From a virus (lineage: Duplodnaviria > Caudoviricetes): 61,990 nucleotides of DNA. The notes under the pieces are model-generated. The model saw only the letters and a list, made by a program, of their open reading frames with translations, searched no databases and had not been told where the DNA came from. The stretch's first letter is position 1, and each line of letters begins with the position of its first letter. This document shows positions 17,778 to 27,284 of the stretch, piece after piece. A program made the translations under genes and the position numbers. Where the stretch lies: the IMG/VR virus record IMGVR_UViG_3300005537_000027, positions 1 through 61,990 of that record. The stretch is one strand, 5' to 3'.

Positions 17778-18310
17778 TCCACTCGCATACAAACGATCAG
17801 GGTGATCCGGTCGACAGCCCCAGCGTTGTGCACTGAGTGAACCTTAAGGTTGTCAAAGTACCAAGCCTCACCAGCCCGCATGTTCACCTGCTCGTCTTCG
17901 CAGCAGTTCACACAATGCTCATTGCTCTGGATCGGCACATAGACCTTGACGTTGAGGTTCTCGGCGTGCCAAGTCCCCTTATCGTCATGGGGGAGAATTT
18001 CACCCCCTGGCGGTATCCGAGTGATGAGCACCCCACCCAGGAACGTCGCTCCCACATGCTGCATCAACCCAAACACCAGCGGGCGCAACGCCGGCAGAAT
18101 ATGCCACGCTTCCAGCCACCCGGGGAAAAATGGCTGCGCTCCACGCTCACCCTCTTTCCACCTCACCCAGATATCATCCATGGCGCTGTGGGGAGAGCCC
18201 TCCGCATCCTTACGCGCACGGTGGGCGTTCCAGAGTTGTGGGTTCAACATCAGCTGGAACCGCAGGGGCTCCACGTTAATGCCTGAAAGCAACTGATGGA
18301 AGTTACGCAT
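17774..18310 (-). CDS. aspartyl/asparaginyl beta-hydroxylase-like 2OG-Fe(II) oxygenase
   Basis: ITRIPPGGEILPHDD (HxD), GEAWYFDNLKVHSVHN...RITLI. Confidence 0.85.
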   Translation of the reverse strand: MRNFHQLLSGINVEPLRFQLMLNPQLWNAHRARKDAEGSPHSAMDDIWVRWKEGERGAQPFFPGWLEAWHILPALRPLVFGLMQHVGATFLGGVLITRIPPGGEILPHDDKGTWHAENLNVKVYVPIQSNEHCVNCCEDEQVNMRAGEAWYFDNLKVHSVHNAGAVDRITLIVCMRVE

Positions 18311-18404
18311 TACCGAGTTCTCCTCAGCGGAAGGGTAACACCGTCCCGCCAGCAATCAACCCACCACGACACACGCCCCACCCAAGCTGTGGTCCCAGAT
18401 CCCC

Positions 18405-19007
18405 TTAAGCGCCAATCAGCCCGTGAGTGGTGAGGTCAACCTCCAACGCCGCCAAGCGCGTGCTCAGCACTTGGATCTGGGTGACAAGGGCCTGGACTTC
18501 AGCCTGGGTAGGAGGGTTGGAGATGGACTGAGTCCACGAGGCGTTGAAGGTGCCACGAGAAGGGCTGCCGGTGGGAGCGGTCCAACCGGTCTGCCGTGCT
18601 CCCACCACCTTGTTCGCACCCACATCTACCTCGGTTACGAGGATGGCAGTGCTGGGCTGGAGGAAATCCCCCGTGTTGTTGAGGGCTGCGCTGCCCAGAC
18701 CCAGGTTCGCCCGAGCCGTGCTGGGGCTCGGGATGTCGTCCAGGTTCTTCGCCCGCAGCAACGCGAGGGAACTTGCCGCGAGGGCCGCATCCGCACTGGC
18801 CTGGGCTGCCGCTGCCGCAGCCTTTGCCGCTGCCGCCGAGTCAACCGCGCTTTGCGTAACCACCCCCAGCGACTGCCCAGTGCGTATCCACAGCGCCCGC
18901 ATGAGAGCATACCACCCGCTGGTGATTTTACCGTCGCTGAGAGCAACAAGCGGCGAGTCCGCACTGGGAAGCCCCTGGAGGGCAGCACTGGAAACTGGAT
19001 TGGCCAT
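18405..19007 (-). CDS. tail needle/fibre-like protein
   Basis: Coiled coil, NL.D....ARANLGLG fibre repeat, KVVGARQTGWTA C-terminal motif; follows the gp10-like gene. Confidence 0.65.
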   Translation of the reverse strand: MANPVSSAALQGLPSADSPLVALSDGKITSGWYALMRALWIRTGQSLGVVTQSAVDSAAAAKAAAAAAQASADAALAASSLALLRAKNLDDIPSPSTARANLGLGSAALNNTGDFLQPSTAILVTEVDVGANKVVGARQTGWTAPTGSPSRGTFNASWTQSISNPPTQAEVQALVTQIQVLSTRLAALEVDLTTHGLIGA

Positions 19008-19016
19008 GGGGGACTC

Positions 19017-20306
19017 CTAGGTCTTCGAGGGTGTGATATCGATCCAGGCCCCCTGGAGAGCGGTAGGACCTGCATTCCAACTCAGCTCATACACCCGATC
19101 CCTGGCCATACCCAGGCGACGCCACTGGATCGATGTGTAGTAGTTGCCGTTGTCCCCCATCGTCTGTGGAACGTACGGACCCCAGGTAGCACCTCTGGTG
19201 TCACTCCAGCGCAATTGCACATTCTGACCGCTTGGAGCATCGCCAACCTGCAAGTCCGCCACAAAGCGGTTGTGGACAAGGCGGTGGGCCTCGTCGAGCA
19301 GATGAGGAAACGAGCGGAGGAACTTCATCGGCCCGCCGAAGTCCGTCTGCACCGTAGGGTCAAGCGCGTAGAGGTTCGCGTTCTCCCAGTCCCCCACCAC
19401 GACCTTGCCGTAAGCGAACGCGCAGCAGTTCATCCGATGCCGATGCTCCACCCCGTTGCCATCCAACCAGCATCGCTCGTGCCAAAACCCAGTGGTCGCG
19501 TCGTAAACCCAGGTCTTGTCCGCAGTCGGGAAGGTCAACACATAGAACCCATGGCCTTCCTGCTGGTAAAACATCCCAATCGCATCGGAGATGGTGGAGT
19601 ACCCGCTGATAGCGGTTTCGATGGCGTGGGTGCTGATGCGGGAGGCAGTGAAGTTCGCTCCGGTGCCTTCCAGCACCATAGCAGTGCCATTGAGGTTCTG
19701 GCTGAGCCAGAAAACCGACTCACCACCCTTGGCCACCGAGTATTTCGCTGCACACCCATGGTTCAGGAAGTTCCCTTGCACCCGCTCGAACGGGAACGTG
19801 CCACCCGACTGCCCACCCGAGTTAAAGAAGAACTCCGTGGTGTATCTGCCGAAGAGCCAGATGAACGAATGGATGACCGAGAGCGTTACAATGCTGTCCG
19901 CGTAGGTCTCCTTGCCGGCGAAGTCCAACGCCCCGAATGTGGTGGCCTCGCTCCCAGAGCAGTAAAACAATGGGGTATTGGGCTTGTTCAGGATGAGAAA
20001 GGTATCCATGAAATCAGCCTTGTCCGCCCCGTAAAACCCAGTTTCATCCGGGTTTGCACTGGTGGGATCGATCTGAGTCATGGTGTTGGTGTTGAGGTCC
20101 ACCAACCACCCGTTGGCACTCCCATCCACCAGAATGAGCGTCACCCCGTTGTCGGCCATGCTTACCGGGGTGGTGCCTCCAGGAATGCTCCCCAGCGCGG
20201 TGAACGTCCAAGTCGCATCCACCCAATAGAGGGTGTTGGTGTCCACAGCATAGAGCACGCCCGTAGAGGCTGTGTAGAGTCCGCGCATGGGGCCATTTCT
20301 GGGCAT
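19017..20306 (-). CDS. P22 gp10-like tail hub / DNA stabilisation protein lacking its usual N-terminal ~50 aa
   Basis: GPMRGL, SMADNG, GCAAKYSVA, RISTHAIE, YQQEGH.FYVL.FPTADKTWVYD, LRWSD.RG.TW, WRRLGMARDRVYEL. Confidence 0.88.
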   Translation of the reverse strand: MPRNGPMRGLYTASTGVLYAVDTNTLYWVDATWTFTALGSIPGGTTPVSMADNGVTLILVDGSANGWLVDLNTNTMTQIDPTSANPDETGFYGADKADFMDTFLILNKPNTPLFYCSGSEATTFGALDFAGKETYADSIVTLSVIHSFIWLFGRYTTEFFFNSGGQSGGTFPFERVQGNFLNHGCAAKYSVAKGGESVFWLSQNLNGTAMVLEGTGANFTASRISTHAIETAISGYSTISDAIGMFYQQEGHGFYVLTFPTADKTWVYDATTGFWHERCWLDGNGVEHRHRMNCCAFAYGKVVVGDWENANLYALDPTVQTDFGGPMKFLRSFPHLLDEAHRLVHNRFVADLQVGDAPSGQNVQLRWSDTRGATWGPYVPQTMGDNGNYYTSIQWRRLGMARDRVYELSWNAGPTALQGAWIDITPSKT

Positions 20307-20313
20307 TTCATCC

Positions 20314-21984
20314 TCACGGGAGAGTAATGGTGCTGTAGGTGCTCATGTAGACATAGGTGTACGTTCCACCCACAGCTACACCATACATATTCAAGTACCC
20401 CGTCACAGGGTCAATCCAGAAAATCTGCTCGTTGTCATCGTAGAAGTGTAGAGCGGTGGGATCGAGGTCCTTGTATTGGTAGACCCAGCAACCCCCAGCC
20501 ACACCCTGGACGAACTTCTCAAGTCCCGGATAATACACAAACGGACGAAGAGCCTGATACTTCGCGGTTGTCAGGGAAAGCCCGGTGATGGACTCCATCC
20601 CATTCATAGTCATTCCCACTACCCAAGTCCCATCCCCGACATTCTTGAGCAGCCCAGGCTTGGGCATATATGCGTCGTAAGTGGCGCCTGCAGTGTGGGT
20701 GCGGATGTTGCTGTACTCATCGGTAAAAGGAAGCACCGAGGCACCAGTACCATCCACCCAGTTCGCATTATCCACAGTATACATCGGGGTTGCAGTCGCC
20801 CCAGCGATGTTGGTCCACTGCACCAAGCCCAGTTGGATTTTCAGCATCGCCCCCAGCGGGTAAGTGGGCTGGAGGATCGCTGCCTCTGGGTTGCTATTGC
20901 TAAGCCCCTGCTGTGCCCAATCCATCTCCAGCCGATTGAGATAGATATAGAGATTGGTGTGGTTGTTCGGCCCTGGCAGGCAAAAGCCCCCCTGCGTGTT
21001 GGGGTTGCCTTCGGACTGCCCACCAGTCTGCAAGAAGAAGTTGGTGGAGAGATTGAGCGTACCAATCGGATAGTATGTCTGGTTGTTGATGAGTCCAGGA
21101 GTAGTAATCGGCTGGATTGCCCCGAATGAGTCCAGGTTATAGGTCTTGCCGATGATCTGGTCCACCGATGGGAGGACCGTGATCTCGGAATGAGTCCCAG
21201 CAACAGCAAACGCCCCGATGTAGAGTATCGGATCGCTAGTGGACTGCCCACCGGCCACCGTGACCTTGTTCAAGCGCCCGAGATACGGGCTGTTGAGCAG
21301 TCCGCTGAAATACACTCCCGCAACAAATGTCGGGCGTCCAGTGGGATTGGGTCGCAGCAAGCACCACCAGTAGTTGAAGGAGGAAGAACTCCCCTCTGGC
21401 TGGAAATGTGCCAACAAGTACTGTCCGCCGCAGATCGGCGCGACGTAGAGCACGTTCCCATAGTTAGCGGCGTAAATGGGCGGAGCACTCCATTCCGAAG
21501 CCAACCACGAGTTAATCATCGTGACCAGATCCGAGATCTGGATATTCCACAGCAGCGCCCCATCACTCGGCCTGAACCCATATGCCTGATAGCCTGGGAA
21601 TGAGTTCAGCACCAAGTTTCCATACATATCAGGCTCAGACGCATGGGCATCTGGGTAGTTCCCAGTCAGATAGGTGTTCTTCCACTTGAACTGGCTGATG
21701 CACGCACCAAGCGAAACCCCACGCGAAAGCTCCACATCCGAGGTCGGGAAGAACTTCGCATGGAGGGGCTTGATCGTACCGCCAAGGTTAACCAACCCCG
21801 GAGTCGGATAATACGTATAGCTCTCCTTGGGCAAGAACCCAGTGATGACATTCGCACTCTGCTGGTCCTGCTGCTCCCCCTGCATCCGTGGCATCGCCTC
21901 AGCGTAGAGGTTGAGACACCTCTGCACCCCAGCAATAAGGCTCTGGGCCTGATAACTCCCACCTCGGAGATAAACCTTACTCAC
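20314..21984 (-). CDS. virion protein: gp10-like N-terminal segment plus unknown beta-rich domain
   Basis: Begins GGSYQAQSLIAGVQRCLNLY...YYPTPGL; the remainder is Tyr/Gly/Asn-rich. Confidence 0.7.
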   Translation of the reverse strand: MSKVYLRGGSYQAQSLIAGVQRCLNLYAEAMPRMQGEQQDQQSANVITGFLPKESYTYYPTPGLVNLGGTIKPLHAKFFPTSDVELSRGVSLGACISQFKWKNTYLTGNYPDAHASEPDMYGNLVLNSFPGYQAYGFRPSDGALLWNIQISDLVTMINSWLASEWSAPPIYAANYGNVLYVAPICGGQYLLAHFQPEGSSSSFNYWWCLLRPNPTGRPTFVAGVYFSGLLNSPYLGRLNKVTVAGGQSTSDPILYIGAFAVAGTHSEITVLPSVDQIIGKTYNLDSFGAIQPITTPGLINNQTYYPIGTLNLSTNFFLQTGGQSEGNPNTQGGFCLPGPNNHTNLYIYLNRLEMDWAQQGLSNSNPEAAILQPTYPLGAMLKIQLGLVQWTNIAGATATPMYTVDNANWVDGTGASVLPFTDEYSNIRTHTAGATYDAYMPKPGLLKNVGDGTWVVGMTMNGMESITGLSLTTAKYQALRPFVYYPGLEKFVQGVAGGCWVYQYKDLDPTALHFYDDNEQIFWIDPVTGYLNMYGVAVGGTYTYVYMSTYSTITLP

Positions 21985-24014
21985 GGCAGCAAGCCTCCCA
22001 GTGGGTTATTGGTGGGGAAGTTAGCGCGCACAGTCGCATCATCGATGTTGTAGCTGCGCTGCCCAGTCCTCGGATCGTAAGTAGCGTTGCCGGTCCAAGT
22101 GATGCTCGTGCACCTCGCGTGGAGTACCGCCGTGTTGTACTGGAGCCAGTTCGTGGTGCCGCTGGTGCTGGTGGACTTATTGTTGGTGAAGGTGCAGTTG
22201 TTGCTGTCCACACAGCAGATGTCCCCACGCTCCGTTCCGGTGAGGTTCTGGTCCTGCATGTTGTTGTATGCAGTGTTATTGGTGACAGTGCAGTTCCGAG
22301 ATTGAAAAATATGCACTCCTCGGCCGCCGTTGGTGTAGCAGGTATTGTTGTGGATGAGGCCCTGGTAAGGGTACGCAACTCCCTTCTGATAGGGGTTGTT
22401 GCCCTGCGACCCCAGCCAGTCATCCATAATGATGCCGTTGCCATCAGTATGCCCCGAGCCCGGAACTCCATACTCCCCGTTGTTGTAGCAGATATTGTTC
22501 TGGACGATGATGTGGTAGGTGGCAGCGAGGTCCGCCGCGGATGGAGTATACGCAGTCGCACCAGGCTCGTAGATGCTGATACCCGAGGTCTGGAAGGTGT
22601 TGTAAACTGCGTTGTTGTAGCAGATATTCCCATCCAGCGTGTACCAGTCCTTGAAGAGCGCGCCGATCCCATTGCCGCCGCAGTCATGGCACTTGTTATT
22701 GAGGGCGTTGTTGTGGTGGCCCTGGAAATAGATCCCGTTCTCAGTGGTAAGGGGAGAAGTCCGACCGGCGTTACCTCCGTCGACCTCAAACCCATCCAGC
22801 ATAATGTAATTGCCAGTGACCACAATGATGGACTGCGCGCCGGTGTTCACCCGGATGACAGCACCGAAGGGCGTCGTGCTCCGGTAGACCACATACCCCG
22901 TGAGGCTGTTGGTGTTGCCGCCCGCTGTGAGCCCGTAGCCGGTGGTAAAGTACACCCCTGGCGCCACGTTGACCACGTCGCCGGCCTGGAGCTTTCCACT
23001 ATTATTGGCGCCCTGGATCGTAGCCCACGGCAGAGTCTGGGTCCCAGTCCCGCTTGTATCGCTGCCGTTGGTGGCAACGTACCAGTTCCGCACAGCGGTA
23101 TAATACCCAGTCCCGGCCCCATTGGGGGTAAGCGTAGCGCCAAGCTTCGAGGTCGGCGAGATCGTCGCTGCCATCCTTCCCAGCGAGTGCAGCGTACCGG
23201 CTTGGGCGCTCTTCGGAACCACAGCGGCACTGAGCTGCCGTTTCCTCCCCACAGCCACCGCCTGAGCACTCCTCGGCACAAGCGCAGCACTGGCCGGACG
23301 CTTCCGCCCGAGAGTACCCGCAACCGCACTCGTCGGGACAATGGCCCCACCATTCAGGTGCGAGTTAAGGGCTGTTGCCGCCAGGGCACTCGTCGATGCC
23401 ACCGCTTCCGCCAGCGGCCGTGCCCGGTGGGAGGTGGCCGCTTGTGCACTGGTCGGAGCAATCGCCCACGTGAGGGCTCCCTTCTTGTGCATAATAGCAA
23501 CTAGGTGAGACATTGGAAGGAGTCCTTCTGCAATGTGCCCAGCTGCCAGGATGTCACCAATCGCCCCAACTTGGAACGAACTCGGGCTGATGTCCTCGCT
23601 CAGTGGGCGGGAGCGCGCAAGAGTGCCACTGAGCGCACTCACCGGGTTGATGTTCTCCAGTAGGTTTTTTCCGAGCGCAGGGCTCCAAACACTCGTCATG
23701 TTGTAGTTGATGACAAGTGGACGCAAGCGCCGTAGCGTCGCGACCAGAGTACTTTTGGGTGCCCACGAGATGGAAAGGGCCGCAGGCCTCCAGCGCACCA
23801 ACGCCGCGTTCACCTGCGACGTAGGCTTGAACCCCATCGACATGGCCTGAAACGGGGTGCTCAGCGGCACCAGTCCCGGTGCAGGCAAATGTATCGCCGG
23901 ACTCGGTTCCCCTTGCTCCAGTGGCGTCCGCTGGAGAAACAGGTTCAAGCACCGCTGAGCGCTCGCAATGACGCTCCGTGCTTGATACGTGCCTCCTAGC
24001 AGATTGATCTTCAT
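21981..24014 (-). CDS. tail fibre/spike: gp10-like N-terminal segment, ~20-aa repeat stalk, right-handed beta-helix
   Basis: GGTYQARSVIASAQRCLNLF...PAPGL; PxS repeats; YVATNGSD..GT...PWATIQ and NN.CY.N parallel beta-helix repeats. Confidence 0.8.
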   Translation of the reverse strand: MKINLLGGTYQARSVIASAQRCLNLFLQRTPLEQGEPSPAIHLPAPGLVPLSTPFQAMSMGFKPTSQVNAALVRWRPAALSISWAPKSTLVATLRRLRPLVINYNMTSVWSPALGKNLLENINPVSALSGTLARSRPLSEDISPSSFQVGAIGDILAAGHIAEGLLPMSHLVAIMHKKGALTWAIAPTSAQAATSHRARPLAEAVASTSALAATALNSHLNGGAIVPTSAVAGTLGRKRPASAALVPRSAQAVAVGRKRQLSAAVVPKSAQAGTLHSLGRMAATISPTSKLGATLTPNGAGTGYYTAVRNWYVATNGSDTSGTGTQTLPWATIQGANNSGKLQAGDVVNVAPGVYFTTGYGLTAGGNTNSLTGYVVYRSTTPFGAVIRVNTGAQSIIVVTGNYIMLDGFEVDGGNAGRTSPLTTENGIYFQGHHNNALNNKCHDCGGNGIGALFKDWYTLDGNICYNNAVYNTFQTSGISIYEPGATAYTPSAADLAATYHIIVQNNICYNNGEYGVPGSGHTDGNGIIMDDWLGSQGNNPYQKGVAYPYQGLIHNNTCYTNGGRGVHIFQSRNCTVTNNTAYNNMQDQNLTGTERGDICCVDSNNCTFTNNKSTSTSGTTNWLQYNTAVLHARCTSITWTGNATYDPRTGQRSYNIDDATVRANFPTNNPLGGLLP

Positions 24015-24827
24015 TCAGTCCACCATTGTAAGCGAAGGGCGCCTGCGAGAACCCATGACAACTGGCGAGCCCACTGTCGAGGTGGGGGTGATGTTCGCGC
24101 TAAGGCCCTTGAGTCGAACTTGAGCCACAGCCAAAACCGAACGCGGAGCGATCGCACACACCAAGGTCCGATTGCGCAGCTGCGCGGAAAGTATACTGGT
24201 ATTCGGTCCAATGTTGATGTAGAGGCCTTTGTGTTGGCCTGCCCCCAGGAGCGAGGTTGGGGTCATCGCCACACTAAGGGCTCGGTATCTCTGCACCGTC
24301 ACCGCCAGGACGCTGGTGGGAGTGGGAGTCCAGATAATCGTCCGGCCCTTGGTAATCCCATCCACAAGCGCAATGTGCGAGGCCAATGCAGCGGTCAGTG
24401 GAATGTTCCTGGAGAGACCCCCTACCAGCAAACTCGTTGGGTTAAACGCCGGTGCAAGTGCTCGGGACCTTGTTAGTGCAGCGGCTAGTACGCTCGTCGG
24501 CGCAATTGCCTCAGCAAGAACATGCGTGCCTTTGAGCGTAGCGGCCAGTGCACTCGACGGGACAATGGACTCTTGAAGCGCCCGTCCCCGAGCGATACTC
24601 GCCGCAACCACACTGGTCGGCGCAATCGCCCCGCTGACCGCTCTTGCCCCATGCAGCGCAAGCGCCAGCACACTGCTCGGTGCCAGCGTCGCCGTGAGTG
24701 CCCTCGCTACCCCGCCAGTGTCCGCCAAATACGCAGCGTTTGGCAGCAAATACTGCTGGTCTTCGTTGTTCTCAGTAACGTACGCCACACCACCTGGAGT
24801 GGGAATGGCATATTGCTTATTCCCCAT
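24015..24827 (-). CDS. fibre-like protein with ~20-aa tandem repeats
   Basis: About 11 repeats of R-A-L-x3-[IL]-x-P-[TS]-S-[VA]-L-A. Confidence 0.7.
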   Translation of the reverse strand: MGNKQYAIPTPGGVAYVTENNEDQQYLLPNAAYLADTGGVARALTATLAPSSVLALALHGARAVSGAIAPTSVVAASIARGRALQESIVPSSALAATLKGTHVLAEAIAPTSVLAAALTRSRALAPAFNPTSLLVGGLSRNIPLTAALASHIALVDGITKGRTIIWTPTPTSVLAVTVQRYRALSVAMTPTSLLGAGQHKGLYINIGPNTSILSAQLRNRTLVCAIAPRSVLAVAQVRLKGLSANITPTSTVGSPVVMGSRRRPSLTMVD

Positions 24828-24836
24828 GTCCCCCTC

Positions 24837-26375
24837 CTAGGTCAGCGTGATGAGGGGATCCACGTAAACTGTGGTCGAGGCCTTGGCTACTTTCACCTGC
24901 GCCCGCACCAACCCAGCAAGCTGTGCGGTGAAACTCACCGTCAGTTTCTGTGTGACCGGCGTCGCGGGCGAACTATCCCAACCAGCCGCCGAGCTTGTCT
25001 GGGCTGCGTGCGTGGTCAAACGAGTGGTGATAGTGTTGTTCACAAACGAAGCGATGGGAGTACTCGAACTCCCCAGATAGTCCACTTCCACCCAGATATC
25101 ATCATTATTCAGCGTGCCGCTGCTAATAAACTCAATCGTGAGGGTCTTGGAACTCCCAGTGGTGGGGTTCCAGATAAACAGTGGGAAGCACTCAAACGGG
25201 TTGTTGATACTGGCGTTAGCGGTCGTCACGACCTTGTGCGAGACCTTTTGCACGCCGTCGCTGGCGCCACCAGTCCTGGTGATGGTGGTCTCAGTCGTCA
25301 GGTCGCCCTGGTAGCGATGGCGCTCATTCCGATAGCCCGTGGCTGCGCTATCACAGTTAACCACATCCAGCTTAAAGTCATCTGGAGCCGTGGGCGAACC
25401 CCCGATGATGCTCAGGGTCGCCGACAGCTTACAATTCGAGAGCGTGGCCATAAAGATGCTCGAAATACCCGCACCCAGTATCGTCTTACCCGAGGTCAGA
25501 GAACTGAAGTCAAACCCTCTAGCATCAAGCGCCCCCAGCATATTAGTGCTGGTAATCAGCGTTGTTGGGATCGTTGCACCGCTAACCGAGCCCCCAACCA
25601 GAGTTACATACGCATCCAGGATCTGGATAAAGTGACCAACTGCAGCGAACTGAAACGTCGGATTGTCCAGGACAATTTTCGAGACATTCGTCTGGCCAAA
25701 GACAATACTCATAGCTCCAGTCCCACCCAGGACGAAGGAGCAGTTTTTCATGTAGTACGAGTTGGCAGAGCCAGACCCAACGTTCAAGTTCCCATTTGCG
25801 TCCGATCCGGTTCCTCTCGTAAACGTAAACCCTTGCCAAAACCCTCCACCAGCAACCCCAAGCGCCACGATGCCGCTGCTCGTAACATTCGCAGCCGCAC
25901 CATTGGTGATGTCTCCCGCAGCAGGCGGGATGCTCCCGGTGGTTCGGTTGACCGAGAAGAAGCTGGAAAGCACCCCAGGGCTCGTGAGCGTGAGGCTACC
26001 AGTGGTGGTCTGCGTGTGGTCGCTGGAGACAAAGCCTCGGTCTCCGTTCGCCATCCACGAGCACATGTTTTGGATGAGCGCGTGAGGAGCGGTCCAAGTG
26101 TTGGTCACGCCCCCATTCTGCTGCTGCCCGGAGTTACCCGTGCACTCAGTCCAGGTCACGCCCGAGTCCGTGGTCGTCCCAGCTTTGGTCAGCGTCCAGG
26201 TCGGCTCGGTGCCCCCACTAACTCCAGTCGTAATCGCGCTTACACGAAAGCACCGCTCGTTCCCAACAGTGGGCGTAGCCAGCTGGCGCACGATCGCACC
26301 AACCGCATAGGTATGGCTCGCCGCCCATTGCGCAACCGCCGTATACGCAACACTTGAGCAGTACCAGTCCGCCAT
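24837..26375 (-). CDS. tail/fibre-associated structural protein
   Basis: WAASHTYAVG...G.SG.TEPTW...TTDSGVTW motif; Thr/Ser/Gly-rich. Confidence 0.7.
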   Translation of the reverse strand: MADWYCSSVAYTAVAQWAASHTYAVGAIVRQLATPTVGNERCFRVSAITTGVSGGTEPTWTLTKAGTTTDSGVTWTECTGNSGQQQNGGVTNTWTAPHALIQNMCSWMANGDRGFVSSDHTQTTTGSLTLTSPGVLSSFFSVNRTTGSIPPAAGDITNGAAANVTSSGIVALGVAGGGFWQGFTFTRGTGSDANGNLNVGSGSANSYYMKNCSFVLGGTGAMSIVFGQTNVSKIVLDNPTFQFAAVGHFIQILDAYVTLVGGSVSGATIPTTLITSTNMLGALDARGFDFSSLTSGKTILGAGISSIFMATLSNCKLSATLSIIGGSPTAPDDFKLDVVNCDSAATGYRNERHRYQGDLTTETTITRTGGASDGVQKVSHKVVTTANASINNPFECFPLFIWNPTTGSSKTLTIEFISSGTLNNDDIWVEVDYLGSSSTPIASFVNNTITTRLTTHAAQTSSAAGWDSSPATPVTQKLTVSFTAQLAGLVRAQVKVAKASTTVYVDPLITLT

Positions 26376-26858
26376 TTACTGGCCTCGCTGAGTTAGGCCG
26401 CTGAGAAGGAGTGTGGATTGAGCGTTGAGGGTGTTGCGGAGGGCAGTCAGCTCGCTCGAAGGCGAGGCATAGCCGAACGCCAGGGCCAAGTCCGCATCCG
26501 CAAGTGCCGACAGATACTCGCCCAGCAAGACCGCCGTCAGTGCCGTCGCCCCAGCATACGTTGTGCGAACCTCCGCGTTCACCGCCGCCTGGGTCGTGTA
26601 CTGCAGCGTCACCACTGGAGGATAAACCGTGGAGATCTGCCCGATGTTTGCCTGGAGTTCCGCAGCCGGAAGGCTCTGCTCCAGCGCTGCAGCATTTGCT
26701 GCCAATATCGCGTTGTAGTCCGCCCCGCTGTCAGCCAAATACGTGACCGAATGCACCACCCCAACCAAGTCAGTGTGATGTTCAGTCACGTATTTCCGGC
26801 CGTCAACCTGCGTGCCGCCCACATCAGCGATGGTGGAGGAGACTATGATCCCAGTCAT
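26376..26858 (-). CDS. hypothetical virion-associated protein
   Basis: RBS GGAG; abuts the next gene. Confidence 0.6.
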   Translation of the reverse strand: MTGIIVSSTIADVGGTQVDGRKYVTEHHTDLVGVVHSVTYLADSGADYNAILAANAAALEQSLPAAELQANIGQISTVYPPVVTLQYTTQAAVNAEVRTTYAGATALTAVLLGEYLSALADADLALAFGYASPSSELTALRNTLNAQSTLLLSGLTQRGQ

Positions 26859-26883
26859 GGCCAGTCTCCCTCCCCACCACCTA

Positions 26884-27273
26884 TTAGGTCAGCGTGATGG
26901 TGAGAGCGCCGATGGCGATCGTGGCAGTGTCACCGACCGAATACGCCACGCTGCTGGCAACCGTGCCCTGAGCCAGACACGTGCCGGTGGTGAGGCTGTC
27001 CCAGATCGTGATGTCCGTGACCGTGCCCCAGTTGCTGGTGGTATCCGGACCGAACGACAGCGCACCGGAGTTGCTCGCCACATTACCGCTGACGGTGAAC
27101 GTGACCGCCTGCCGAGCATACCCGTTGCCGCTGATCTCATTCGAGGCACCCGCACCACCGTTCGCGCCGGTGTGCAGAGCCACATACCAAGTGGTCGGGC
27201 GCGTCGGGCTGGAAGTGGTGAAAATCCAGTTCAGCACCCGGTTTTCCGCAGTCGCAGTGAAAGTCCCAGCCAT
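26884..27273 (-). CDS. minor structural protein
   Basis: ENRVLN...WYVALHT...EISGNGYARQAV...WGTVT..IWDS.T.G motif, common in phage tail modules. Confidence 0.75.
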   Translation of the reverse strand: MAGTFTATAENRVLNWIFTTSSPTRPTTWYVALHTGANGGAGASNEISGNGYARQAVTFTVSGNVASNSGALSFGPDTTSNWGTVTDITIWDSLTTGTCLAQGTVASSVAYSVGDTATIAIGALTITLT

Positions 27274-27284
27274 AGTTAACTCCC

